DNA from: Laetmonice hystrix
Lineage: Eukaryota
Direction: 5' to 3'
DNA: 64,000 nt
NCBI GenBank assembly: GCA_965235115.1
Contig: OZ249452.1
Location: forward strand, 6,882,001-6,946,000
Below the pieces are notes generated by a model, which saw only the letters and a program-made list of their open reading frames with translations, was not told the origin of the DNA and did no database searches. The position numbers and the translations under genes were made by a program. Shown here in pieces: positions 47,501 through 60,461 of the stretch; the first letter of the stretch is position 1, and each line of letters begins with the position of its first letter.

Positions 47501-50350
47501 GGCACCCATAGAGGGCGCAGGGATCTCATGCTTCATTCGCTCAGCAGGATCGGATTTTTTTTATCCGTTTCTTCTTATTTTTTCTGGTACACCCAAATGT
47601 TATACTGATCTCATGTGTAGTCTATAAGCACATATTGGAATCAAGTTCCGCAGAAATTGCAGGGGGTAACTCCAGCTGAAGTAAAAGGGGGTACATGCGT
47701 GTGTGTGAATCATTAAGTCGAACTATGGCCAGTAGATGGAGGGTAAGCCCAGAATACAGGTTACGACAGGTCCAAGGGGGAAGTACCTGGATCCAGGGTA
47801 CATACAGGGTTCTCCACACCGAGGGTGACTATGACCCTGAACCCGGTTCCTCTAAACGGACAGGGTTCGTCGCCTGGAAGTCAGGGTTCTCCAAACACAA
47901 GGAACACATAACAAAGAATCAAGGGTACTACTCCACACACCGATGACACACGAGAATCCAAGGCATTCCAGTTGGGTACTAAAATCACACTATTCCAAAG
48001 GGAAAGGACAATTTTAACGTTTTAGGCAGAGATCCACTTCAGGTATCAAGACGAATCAACTTTTAAGCCTTTTAGAAAATGACATTGAAAAATAGATCGC
48101 ATCATTACACACATTACGTCAGGTGTGGCTTCATTAGCTTGGCTCCGTCGTCATGATATTTTTATGTGCCGTTTGGTCTTCGGGGAAAAATGAATAATGA
48201 AGGGGCGGTGCTCTTGCAGCCAGGTAAGAGGAACATTAATTGATTAATCCATCATGCCATGCTCGCCTGGCAACAGGTGGGCCACGGCTACTTTAACACA
48301 ACTCAATATCGTGTTAACGGCGCCTCGCTTCCGTCGATTGAGTGGCGCCACCAGTCCTCAGCTGTTTATTGCTAAAAAGTAGAAAAAAGGGGCCAATGTC
48401 TGGAAATTTGGTGCAGATCGGCCCTAGGGTAGAGCGATCGATGGATTGGGATCGATCTATCTCTTGAACTTGAGTTCGTAAATATTGAATTGATTTGTTG
48501 AATGCTTAACAACTTGCAGTATGATTGCTTTTAAAATGTTGGACAGCTACAAATATATCTGTTTAAAAATTGATGTCTACACCATAACAATTATGGATGG
48601 ATTTAAGACATGTTCAGTGACAAGATTTAAGGATTGTCCTCGCGTTTTTAGCATCGACTGGACGTACTTCCTGCGGATAAAATATGACGTGACAGCGGCA
48701 GTTGATGTCACAGCGCCCCCTATAGGATACGTGCGTAAATCGTGAGAAACTAATAGGAACTGTGGTGCGACTTTTTACCCACATACAAAGATCAATGACG
48801 TCGGTTGAACGCTCTCGTTTGACTTCACAACATTTAGGTTTGTCCCCGAAGAATTATCAATAGTTCTGCGAGCGTCTCAGAAAATAAATCTCTTTCAAGT
48901 GTATTTCTTATGTTTATGACCCACCTGGGACTGAGTGGTCTATACTTGATTTAGATGCGTCGACTGAGAAACTCCGACTCTAATTTAGTTTGACTTTCAG
49001 AATAGAAAACAATCCAGCAATCACATTCCATCATCGGTACTTTTCGTTTTATTCATAGATCTAACAGACCAGGAGGGTTCGAGTTTATTCAGCTGTGTTT
49101 AGTAGCAATTATTACTCAGAGTGGCTTTATAATGGAACAATAATTTCTATCTTTATTATTGGCTTCTTTGGCGTCTGTCATACTTCGTGCGACTAAATCC
49201 AACAATTGCATTTCTCTTCACGGGGAACTCGAATTAACTTTTTTTCTCCAGTGCATTCGTTTAGCCGAGTAAACCATGATTGACTCATTTGTATAAAGTG
49301 TCCCGTAATAAAGCTCTCTTTAAGGGGAATACCTCTTCTCTGCACAAATTCATGAGTGACGCTTGGTAAACGCGTAAAATGGAAAAGACAACCACTACAC
49401 CTCCAAGGGCCTTGGAAGCACATGCATTGTTAATTTTCGCAGGCTACTTTCATTACGGCAGTAATAAAGTACAACTTTAATAACAGAAAGTCATTATCAT
49501 TTTACATCACATTAATCACGTGACTTGGGGTAATTTGAATGGCGTGTGCTGACTTGGACACAAGAGGGCGCTGTAGGTTACTGTCAGCGCATTGGCTGAC
49601 TGCATCTGTTCTCGGAGGTCTCGCGGGAACAGGAACCATAACGCGGTGCGCAGAACGGCTAGATAATGACCACACTGCGCAGGTGGTACAGTACAAGCCC
49701 ACTTACCCCCAATTCATCACGTTCCTTGACTGCGCGTTTCACGCCATGCAGACAAGGTCAGCCCTCAGCAGGGCATGCATGGGCCGGAGCTATGAAATAT
49801 ACATGGCATGGTATTCAACAGGCGAGGTAATGCCTTTGAAAGACGGGGGATGGCTTGGCTCAACATGACAATTGCTCGGCGTAAAAGGTGGCAAAATTAG
49901 GACAGTAGGGTGGTACTTCCGGGTAAGGACATCAGACATCCGGTATGCCTGCACCCTATCAGCAAAATGTTGAATTCCTTTCATTCACGTTTACTAATTG
50001 AGGCTCGGTTTAAACCAAACTGGGATTACGAAAAAGTATTGAAAGATTGATCTCCTAGTGGGCCTTTAACGGTGCAAGAGGTTTATCCAGGATTCGCTGG
50101 AGAATGGGGACGGGAAGGCGCCACATAACTTGGAAACCAGAAATGCGTCCCATTATTTGGCAACCAGCAGCGGAAGTAGAATGGAGACAGAAGCAGGTCC
50201 ACGCATTTTATAAAGGGGGGGGGGGGGGGGAGAGGTCCCACCTGAGTCTGTCTCTCAAAAATCTATCGTTGGCGGGGCCGTTACATTTCAGATAATTGCG
50301 TATAATTCTGAGATTGACAAGGGGCCAAGGGCCAAGGGCCAAGGGCCAAG

Positions 50351-50880
50351 GGGCGTTAGAATTTCATCTGATCTGACATGGAATACTCATATTGATTGAT
50401 GTTTAAAAAGATGGTAAGCGTATTTATACGTTATACAAGCCGAAACAGGTTGGTATTGACTAATCTAACAACTTACCTATCCGATAACATTGAAATAGTG
50501 CAAAAAGGAGACTTAAAAATAATTTATCCTGGTCTCAGTTATATTTAAACCTTAAACAGAGTTAAGGTCTTATCTTTTGCCCGCCACATCTGCCATACCC
50601 ACTGCGATCATGCAAAATAATATACAATGGTTAATGCAAGGACTGAGAGGTACAGAAAGTTCCTCATCCCATGGTGCATCAGTAACTCTCAAAATGACTC
50701 GTAAATCAGGTTTTCTTATTTTCTTATAGATATTTTATGTCGTTGTTTATTTGTGTGTGTTTTTGCGTGATTTTTCCTCCCGTTTTAACCTGCCTACTAT
50801 ATATCAAATTGTACATATCTTATTTTTACAACTTTATATACCGAATCCAAATAAAATGAATACAATAACCAAATAAATAA
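50351..50880 (+). mobile_element. 5'-truncated, decayed L2/CR1-type LINE 3' end
   Basis: Translates GVRISSDLTWNTHID and ARTERYRKFLIPWCISN, motifs typical of the ORF2 C-terminus, with stops; followed by an AT-rich tail. Confidence 0.65.
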
Positions 50881-52186
50881 ACTGGTTCTTATCTTATCTT
50901 ATCTTATCTTAACGTATCTTGTAATAATAACAATGGTGCGCTTGTGCCTTTAAGAAGAGCAGAGCATCAATCTTGAACAACGCCTTTTTATCGGCTTTCT
51001 ATATCATCCCTTTAAAGACTTGCGTTTTTAACTTACCATTATAATGAATATGATTTATTTAATCAATTTCGTTTACCTGCTGGAAAGCGGTGTTGCCCTC
51101 TTTCCTATCCGCTTCTATCGCATAATCCCATTTTATGACTTATGAGCTTCGGTAAAACCAGCTTTAAATTGCGTACAGACAAAAAAACGTATACCGAATG
51201 GAAAACATGGTAGATTTAATGGAGATATTGCAATGGTTAAAGTGCCTTCCGTTCTTCATCACTAAACCAACAAAGTTAGCGATGATAAATTGTTGATCCG
51301 ATGTTCTCTTTTAAAAGGGATGCCCCTGCCCGCTGCCCATTTCAGCGACCCATACATATCCTAGCTTTTTTGCGGTAAATGCACAATTTTGCCGAAAGGA
51401 ATCCGTCTGGGCACTGTCAGATAAGTTCATTAGGTTCTCTAGACTTTGTCATCAAAAATAGCTCGATTAAATCTATGGACATCCAATAATCTAATGTGCT
51501 TTTATTGGCCATATTGATCGCGTCAAGTGTGTGAGTAGGACTCGAACAGACGGCCTGCTAACCTCGCCAATATTGTTCATTAATTACTGGTCGTATTGCA
51601 TAAATCACGACATGACATGAAGCCGCTGGCCTTACCCCCTGCCCCCCCCCCCAACTCCCCCTAACTCCCTACCCAACTGTGAATATAATACCTTACAATG
51701 CCGGACGCCATCCGAGATCTCGCGTTACTCTCGCCGGCGTTCATTCTCTCACCAGGGGGAGCTACGAGAGCGCTGGGAGTATAAAAATTGTGACATCTTT
51801 CCCTCCTTTAAAAACTGCTTATACATAATGGCGTCATTATTAATAGCCAGTCCTTAAGAGCTCTCATGCGTGTCAAATCATGCGTTGTAGTTTTTTTCTT
51901 GTGAACCATCAAGATATTTTCATTAGATTACACACTTGCAAACTTCCATTAAACCACAAAACGGCACTGTGGTTGGATATTTGGGTCTACTTGTATGTTC
52001 GTAAAATCGCCTGAAGAACCTCCACTTCCACCATTGCAATGACAAGACCATCGGCCGATTCCGTATAGCTATTTCTTTTCTCTGTCATTTTACTTTCTTT
52101 CTTTTATTTCTCTTTCAATGTAACACTCGGCTGCTATCAGCTGTTAACGACAGAGCTGCTCCTATTTTATTGCGTTAAAAACGTCC

Positions 52187-52254
52187 CAGCCACACAGGCC
52201 GACGGGGACCGGACTAGAGATCGTTGACCCCGATCGGGTCGGTCTGTGTGGCTG
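52187..52254. mobile_element. 68-bp hairpin mini-element
   Basis: cagccacacaggccgac ... gtcggtctgtgtggctg inverted repeat. Confidence 0.5.
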
Positions 52255-52695
52255 AAGTTCCAGCAGATTAATTATCCACAAGTGGGAACTTATCTAGAAA
52301 AGGTTCCACCAAATTACGTCTGAAATCTACTCATTTTTAAACGTCCACCTACTAGATGGTTCTTCTGTAACCAGTGGTCTCTGCACAATGTTAGGCTGGC
52401 TCAGAAAACAATGAATGTGTTTTTTATTGTGACAGGTAAAAACGATCAACTGTTGAAATAATAAAGTTACATATAAAGGTGAAAGCCAAGTCACATTTGT
52501 GCGATCTTTTCTTGAGATTTCCCATACTTTCTCGCTAAAACCCCCTTTGAATCTGAACGTAATTCGTTCCGTCTTTTAAAGTCAAAATCTCAATGGAATC
52601 ACAAGAAACTTCGGATAGTGTGTCTGGGCCCTAAGATATGGCATATCGCTTTGCGCCTCCACCAAGAAAATCTTCTAGTCGCACAGACAAGGCGA

Positions 52696-52726
<31 letters not shown>

Positions 52727-54040
52727 CTCTCACACACACTATCGAACGGACCGAAACTGTTGTAAACCCATCGTAAGGCGAGTGATCTAGAAGGGCACTC
52801 TAAGTTCTATGTCCCCTGGATGTCAGGTAAAATACATTACACAGTCCACCCCGGACACAACAGCCCCATCACTTAAAACCAAAAAGGAGGGACGAGGAAC
52901 TGGAGTAAATACAAGGCGGTCGGTAGTAATTAATATCAACTGTATGCTCCCGAGATGGCTGTCACATTCATCTATTGTACCACTGGGATCGATACAAGAT
53001 CTTGAGGAGGATTTAATCGCTTTAAATGGCAGACTGTCTCTTGCCATCTCCCCCGTTTTATTTACTGTTCCTCGGTAATCCATCATCAAGGGTGGTTATC
53101 AAGTAACAATTCCATGGACAGCAACCACAGCTCTTCCAGCGTTCTTTGCCCAAAAGAATCCGGGCGTCAGAGACGGTAGGGACGTTACTTAAAGGGGCAC
53201 AGAAAATGTCTTTTAATGCAGCCCGAAAACACAACCAAAGCCTGGATTGCAGCCCTGATAATAGTGTCGGTGTCGGAATGGTCGTAAATCTGAGAAAATT
53301 AAAATTAAAACATTAAAATTAAACAAGCACCGATAGCTGCGCTAGATGTACTCCCCAATTCGGGCCGATTTGGAAGGAGTAAACATTTATTTCTCCCCAG
53401 TTTAAGGACCATTATAATTAAATGTAAACATGCCAATATCTTTCTTAGCTTAACCTAAGGCTGCAAGGAACATATTATATTTTTGTTTGTTTGGTGGGTG
53501 GATATATTTGCGATGTATCCTCGAGGTAGGCCCTATACATGTGTGATTCTATTTCACAAGAAGTGAGACTAACTCCATACGAAAGCAATATTATTATCAA
53601 AATCAAGATGAAAAAAGTTTACTATGGTTATGTTGCTTTCGATCGGATATTTTGGACAACGTGCAAAACGTAAGTCTCATCCAAGGAGAATAGTGACTCT
53701 TTACTTGTTACTAGCAGAAGTGTACGCCTCCCTACACAAGACAGTGAGCATCATGTCCCCATGCGGGTTTTATTTTAATGATATTTCATACCATCCATTC
53801 CTGTTGACTGTCGACGTCCGAGTTTCTGGCGGCGTGCAGAACGGTATTTCAGTTATATTTAGGTGGAGCATACAATATTTATGACATGTTAAGTCCCAGA
53901 AGGCACCATTGTTCCTACGAGGTCTAGGACGTGATGATGAATATAAGCTAAAACAATAAGTCTGCCCCAGGGAGGTAATCTTCTCTGGGTAAAAATGGTT
54001 AGGGTTCTTATGTTGAATCGCCACGCATGTATACCATTAA

Positions 54041-54454
54041 AGCAATCACCGAGTATCTGTCATTTCAAAGGCTCCAAAATGCAGACATGGGCTGTTAGGT
54101 GAGATAAGGCCTTAGACTACATAAATGTTTACCCACGGAAATGGAGAAATCTACTGATATTCAACATTTCAGTTGCCTGTTGTCGCCATGAAGCGAACGT
54201 CTCATGGTTGGTTTTTGACCTGACATTGACTTGAACAGCCAATGAAATTCATCGGTTCATCGCCCGATGAATTTCATTGGCTGTCTAAGTCAATGCCAGG
54301 TCAACAATAGGCAACTGGAATGTTGAATTTCATTAGATATCTCCATTTCCGTGGGTAAACATTTATTGATTTATGTAGTCTAAGGTCTTATCTAACCTAA
54401 CAGCCCATGTCTGCATTTTGGAGTCATTGAAATGACAGATACTCGCTGATTGCT
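54041..54454. mobile_element. Palindromic Kolobok-type MITE
   Basis: TTAA on both sides, AG...CT termini, arms complementary over nearly the full 414 bp. Confidence 0.75.
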
Positions 54455-55015
54455 TTAAAAGAGGGCCACTGTGGGAACTATTACTTTTGTGCCACGCAAA
54501 TGCTTCTGCAATCTGACTCTCAACCTTTTCCCCGCACCATAGCACAGCAGCCCTCGCCACATTCCTCGCCTCTTATAGAGACACCCATGAGACCGTGGAG
54601 GAGTGGTCTTACCTGCCCTGGAGGGGGAGTACAGCGGCTGGAGAAGAAACAGGAGGAGCGCTGAGTGGAAGGGTACGAAAGCCGTCAGCTGTGGCCCTCT
54701 CATCCCGACCACGATTGTGCGATCCCGGTTCAAGGCAACCTATGTGAAAACAAACGCACCACCTTCATATGAGGCAGACACGTCAGCTCTGTGAAAACAT
54801 TGAGTCAGCTAGGTACAGAGCCCTCAGCGCATGCAAATCTACTGATTTTTTTTGGACAAATACAATGGCAGCATTTATGTTTTCTTTTTAGTGACTTTCA
54901 GCGGCGTAAGTACAAAACCTCCATGTTCAGGCACGGATCCAGGATTTTTCTTTAAAGGCCGGGGGGCACAGACGTTTTCAGACTAAGCACTCTCTTATCT
55001 CGAAATTCCTACTTG

Positions 55016-55016
<1 letters not shown>

Positions 55017-55075
<59 letters not shown>

Positions 55076-55076
55076 C
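55017..55076. repeat. (CAA)n microsatellite
   Basis: About 20 units. Confidence 0.95.
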
Positions 55077-55467
55077 GTTATTTGAACTAAACGAACATCA
55101 TTTTTTCAAGCAGGCAAATAATGTAACAGGTCACATTATAATACCGCGGTTTTTAAATTGAAAAAAAACAGCAATGCTCGGCCAACTAAAGGGGGCACGT
55201 GCCCCCTGTGCCCCCTGGCCCGTGCCTGGTAGTCCTCATGGGATTTCTTACGCTCAAGAAGGATTGTTTGGTATGGAGCACAGCCAGGCTCCATATTTCA
55301 CAGGTTTTTTTCCTTTGCAGGGGAGGGTCATCCGTAAGTGATACAAGCTAAGCAATCCACACGGGCGGTGAACAGTTTAAATTGTCTATGGAAACCACTG
55401 TCGTCATAAATGTTACTGATGTATGAATCATTGAAACACGTTTACCTATCGATATATTCACTAACAG

Positions 55468-58103
55468 GTAACTGCATGAATTATTCACTGTGTAGGTCTG
55501 TAACTGCATGAATTATTCACTGTGTAGGTCTATAACTGCATGAATTATTCACTGTGTAGGTCTCTAACTGCATGAATTATTCACTGTGTAGGTCTATAAC
55601 TGCATGAATTATTCACTGTGTAGGTCTCTAACTGCATGAATTATTCACTGTGTAGGTCTATAACTGCATGAATTATTCACTGTGTAGGTCTATAACTGCA
55701 TGAATTATTCACTGTGTAGGTCTATAACTGCATGAATTATTCACTGTGTAGGTCTCTAACTGCATGAATTATTCACTGTGTAGGTCTATAACTGCATGAA
55801 TTATTCACTGTGTAGGTCTATAACTGCATGAATTATTCACTGTGTAGGTCTCTAACTGCATGAATTATTCACTGTGTAGGTCTATAACTGCATGAATTAT
55901 TCACTGTGTAGGTCTATAACTGCATGAATTATTCACTGTGTAGGTCTATAACTGCATGAATTATTCACTGTGTAGGTCTATAACTGCATGAATTATTCAC
56001 TGTGTAGGTCTATAACTGCATGAATTATTCACTGTGTAGGTCTATAACTGCATGAATTATTCACTGTGTAGGTAACTGCATGAATTATTCACTGTGTAGG
56101 TCTATAACTGCATGAATTATTCACTGTGTAGGACTATAACTGCATGAATTATTCACTGTGTAGGTCTATAACTGCATGAATTATTCACTGTGTAGGTCTA
56201 TAACTGCATGAATTATTCACTGTGTAGGTATATAACTGCATGAATTATTCACTGTGTAGGTAACTGCATGAATTATTCACTGTGTAGGTAACTGCATGAA
56301 TTATTCACTGTGTAGGTCTATAACTGCATGAATTATTCACTGTGTAGGTCTATAACTGCATGAATTATTCACTGTGTAGGTCTATAATTGCATGAATTAT
56401 TCACTGTGTAGGTAACTGCATGAATTATTCACTGTGTAGGTCTATAACTGCATGAATTATTCACTGTGTAGGTTTATAACTGCATGAATTATTCACTGTG
56501 TAGGTAACTGCATGAATTATTCACTGTGTAGGTCTATAACTGCATGAATTATTCACTGTGTAGGTCTATAACTGCATGAATTATTCACTGTGTAGGTCTA
56601 TAACTGCATGAATTATTCACTGTGTAGGTCTATAACTGCATGAATTATTCACTGTGTAGGTCTATAACTGCATGAATTATTCACTGTGTAGGTCTATAAC
56701 TGCATGAATTATTCACTGTGTAGGTAACTGCATGAATTATTCACTGTGTAGGACTATAACTGCATGAATTATTCACTGTGTAGGTCTATAACTGCATGAA
56801 TTATTCACTGTGTAGGTAACTGCATGAATTATTCACTGTGTAGGTCTATAACTGCATGAATTATTCACTGTGTAGGTCTATAACTGCATGAATTATTCAC
56901 TGTGTAGGTCTATAACTGCATGAATTATTCACTGTGTAGGTCTATAACTGCATGAATTATTCACTGTGTAGGTCTATACCTGCATGAATTATTCACTGTG
57001 TAGGTCTATAACTGCATGAATTATTCACTGTGTAGGTAACTGCATGAATTATTCACTGTGTAGGTAACTGCATGAATTATTCACTGTGTAGGTCTATAAC
57101 TGCATGAATTATTCACTGTGTAGGTCTATAACTGCATGAATTATTCACTGTGTAGGTCTATAACTGCATGAATTATTCACTGTGTAGGTCTATAACTGCA
57201 TGAATTATTCACTGTGTAGGTAACTGCATGAATTATTCACTGTGTAGGTCTATAACTGCATGAATTATTCACTGTGTAGGTCTATAACTGCATGAATTAT
57301 TCACTGTGTAGGTAACTGCATGAATTATTCACTGTGTAGGTCTATAACTGCATGAATTATTCACTGTGTAGGTAACTGCATGAATTATTCACTGTGTAGG
57401 ACTATAACTGCATGAATTATTCACTGTGTAGGTCTATAACTGCATGAATTATTCACTGTGTAGGTAACTGCATGAATTATTCACTGTGTAGGTCTATAAC
57501 TGCATGAATTATTCACTGTGTAGGTCTATAACTGCATGAATTATTCACTGTGTAGGTCTATAACTGCATGAATTATTCACTGTGTAGGTAACTGCATGAA
57601 TTATTCACTGTGTAGGTCTATAACTGCATGAATTATTCACTGTGTAGGTCTATAACTGCATGAATTATTCACTGTGTAGGTCTATAACTGCATGAATTAT
57701 TCACTGTGTATGTAACTGCTTGAATTATCCACTGTGTAGGTAACTGCATGAATTATTCACTGTGTAGGTCTATAACTGCATGGATTATTCACTGTGTAGG
57801 TCTATAACTGCATGAATTATTCACTGTGTAGGTAACTGCATGAATTATTCACTGTGTAGGTCTATAACTGCATGAATTATTCACTGTGTAGGTCTATAAC
57901 TGCATGAATTATTCACTGTGTAGGTAACTGCATGAATTATTCACTGTGTAGGTCTATAACTGCATGAATTATTCACTGTGTAGGTCTATAACTGCATGGA
58001 TTATTCACTGTGTAGGTCTATAACTGCATGAATTATTCACTGTGTAGGTAACTGCATGAATTATTCACTGTATAGATCTATAACTGCATGAATTATTCAC
58101 TGG
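55468..58103. repeat. Satellite array, 32-bp unit with a 28-bp variant, roughly 85 copies
   Basis: taactgcatgaattattcactgtgtagg(tcta); no unique spacers. Confidence 0.97.
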
Positions 58104-60318
58104 TTTATAACTGCATACATTATTCAGAGTTTGGAGGCCGACATTATGCAGGTATATATTCTGCAGACGAATTGCAAAAGCTCAAGCAAGAAAATCATCA
58201 GCTTTAAAAAAAAACCTGCATTTTCTAAGTAAAGTAATATTTTTGTCACAATGATGATCCTTGGATGAACATTCTAACTTCACAATGGGGGATCGTATAG
58301 TGGAGGTAGAACATGCACGATAACGTGCACAAAGTATTGAGAAACACTTATGTATATGACTATCTGGTTGTTGGCCCAACAAATCACATATAATATAGCA
58401 ATTTTGTACGCTCAATCGCCTACAAATATAATCTTTTTTCCTGCGACTAATGAAAAACAAACAAACAAACAAACAAACAAACAAACACACAAAAGAGCAG
58501 GTAAAAGACGATCTTCTTTTCCGATTCATTAGAAAATATTCAATTTTAACCGCAAATTTTGTAAGAAAATATACCCGAAATGAAGGCATTATTGGCAGCA
58601 TTCTATAGTTGAATACTCAAGTGTCATACAAAGGTATTTTTTCTAGCCAGTCTTCCTTCACTTTAAGTCATGATCGTCCATGTTGAGAACTGACCTGACA
58701 GACAAAAGCTAGTCTCGGCGTGTCTATTTTTAGGTAATCTTTTTGAAAACAATAATCTGCTCCTTTTTTATCTGCGGGGGTGGGGGTCAGACTCAGACAC
58801 ATTGGAATTCTCCCTCAATCAATTTATCCCTTCCTTCCAACCCTATACGGCTTTCTAAAGACCCCGGTTGTTAACTTACCGTGGTGTGTGACTGTACGTA
58901 GGTGCCGGGGGCGGGGCTACCTTGGGACCAGCTGGACGTCCTCCATCGCCTGCTCGGTGTGAACGGATCCTGTGAACCCCATACCTCCCTCCCTGTCTCC
59001 CGTCATGTCACGTCCGGACACTGCCATCAAGGCCAGTTCCATTGCCCTCCCCCGCCATCCTCACCCATCCTCCAGGCTTTAGGCTACCCCACCGCACGCC
59101 CCTCCTCTTCCTGGTCGATGGGGTCGCAGCCAAGACGAGCCACTGGAGTTGAATGGAGAGGTTTTTTTTCACTCCTCAGCTGTAAAAAGAAACCTTTACG
59201 AAATCAATAAACCTCTGCTTGCAGCAGCCAAATCTTATTACAAACACTGATCAAATGTAGACTCGATCCTCCGTCGCTCAAACATTTGTTCTGTGTTCGA
59301 TGCTCAGGGCACTATGTTTTCCCACTTATTGCAGGCGCATTGGTAAGTGTAAGTTGGCCTATATCAGTAGGTGTCAATGACCCACGTCGTTTTCGGTGAC
59401 TCGGGTTAGCCTAATAACCATCGTCCTGAATCCGCAACGTGATCATCCTAGTCAATAGAATCGTCCGGTAGGTGGCTATTTCTGTCAGACAAATGTTCTC
59501 AGCGATCCGCATTACTGACAGACAAACGACAGAATTAGTCCACTGGCTTGTCAAACAACCAACCTGACAAGCCGCCGTTTCCTGGCCGTATGTTGGGACC
59601 TAGGGCCGTTCGTGCAGTATAAGCCGGTAGAACCTAGACCGCCTACATTGCCCCTCGGTGATTCCCAAAGAGACAGAACGAGGGAGTCTGCACGGAGCTA
59701 TGTGGCTGGCTGCTAGCCTAGCCGAGCATGAAGACACTAATGCGCCAAACCCAGACACGAGTGGCTAGGCGAATGCCTCCGATGTAATAACAGTTGTACG
59801 TCGGGCGTTACGTACGTCCCACGTGGAACGCGCAACGGACGGACGTGGAAATCAATACTCTAGCTCACGGATGATGGAAAGTCTTGCCCTGCCAAATGGG
59901 TGGCTTCCTCCTTCCCCTCCTTCTCCTTCTCCTTGTCTATCGGTCTCAGCACCCGCCGAGTGTCATGCAGGGCGTCAATGGCCAGTTAGGGAGGCGACAT
60001 TGTGTTCGCCACCCGACCACCAGCCTGGTCACGTGTCACCTCAGTCGCACGTCTTGGTGTGTAAAAAGGGTCCGGGACTTAAAGTCCTAATCCGGTGGAA
60101 TGGAAATTCTGTGTCCTTAAAGGTCAACACCTACCATATAAAGGGCATACTTAGGCTACATCCGTTGCTATGTGTGAAAGTCAGTTTTGTGTTAAATTCA
60201 AATATACAATGAGAGAAAAGGCTCACGTACATTCGGGTGTGATTTTCTTTGCAATTTCCCTGTGATTACCACTAAAAATAACATTATGTCCTGATCGAAG
60301 CTACCATATTGAATAATA

Positions 60319-60344
60319 CTAGCAAGAACCCGTGCGCCGCACGG
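60319..60344 (-). mobile_element. Helitron 3' terminus
   Basis: Minus strand reads CCGTGC-GGC-GCACGG hairpin, 7 nt, then CTAG|T: the canonical Helitron 3' signature. Confidence 0.6.
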
Positions 60345-60461
60345 AACCGAAGGGGGCTAAAAGGGGTCGACCATGAAGTACACACAAAATCATGGAAAAA
60401 TGACCCCCTGTCCCAGTCCCTTGCGTACCATCTTAATGGACGGCCCCTAACTGAGGCTTAA

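Noticed and set aside
55468-58103. CRISPR-like array (32-bp repeats with a palindrome)
   Set aside because: Repeats abut with no unique spacers, no cas genes, eukaryotic context; it is a satellite
59823-60212. ORFs with a Leu-rich signal-like stretch and GLKVLI (weak Helitron helicase echo)
   Set aside because: Leu run comes from CTT/CCT low complexity; no other helicase motifs, and wrong orientation relative to the Helitron end
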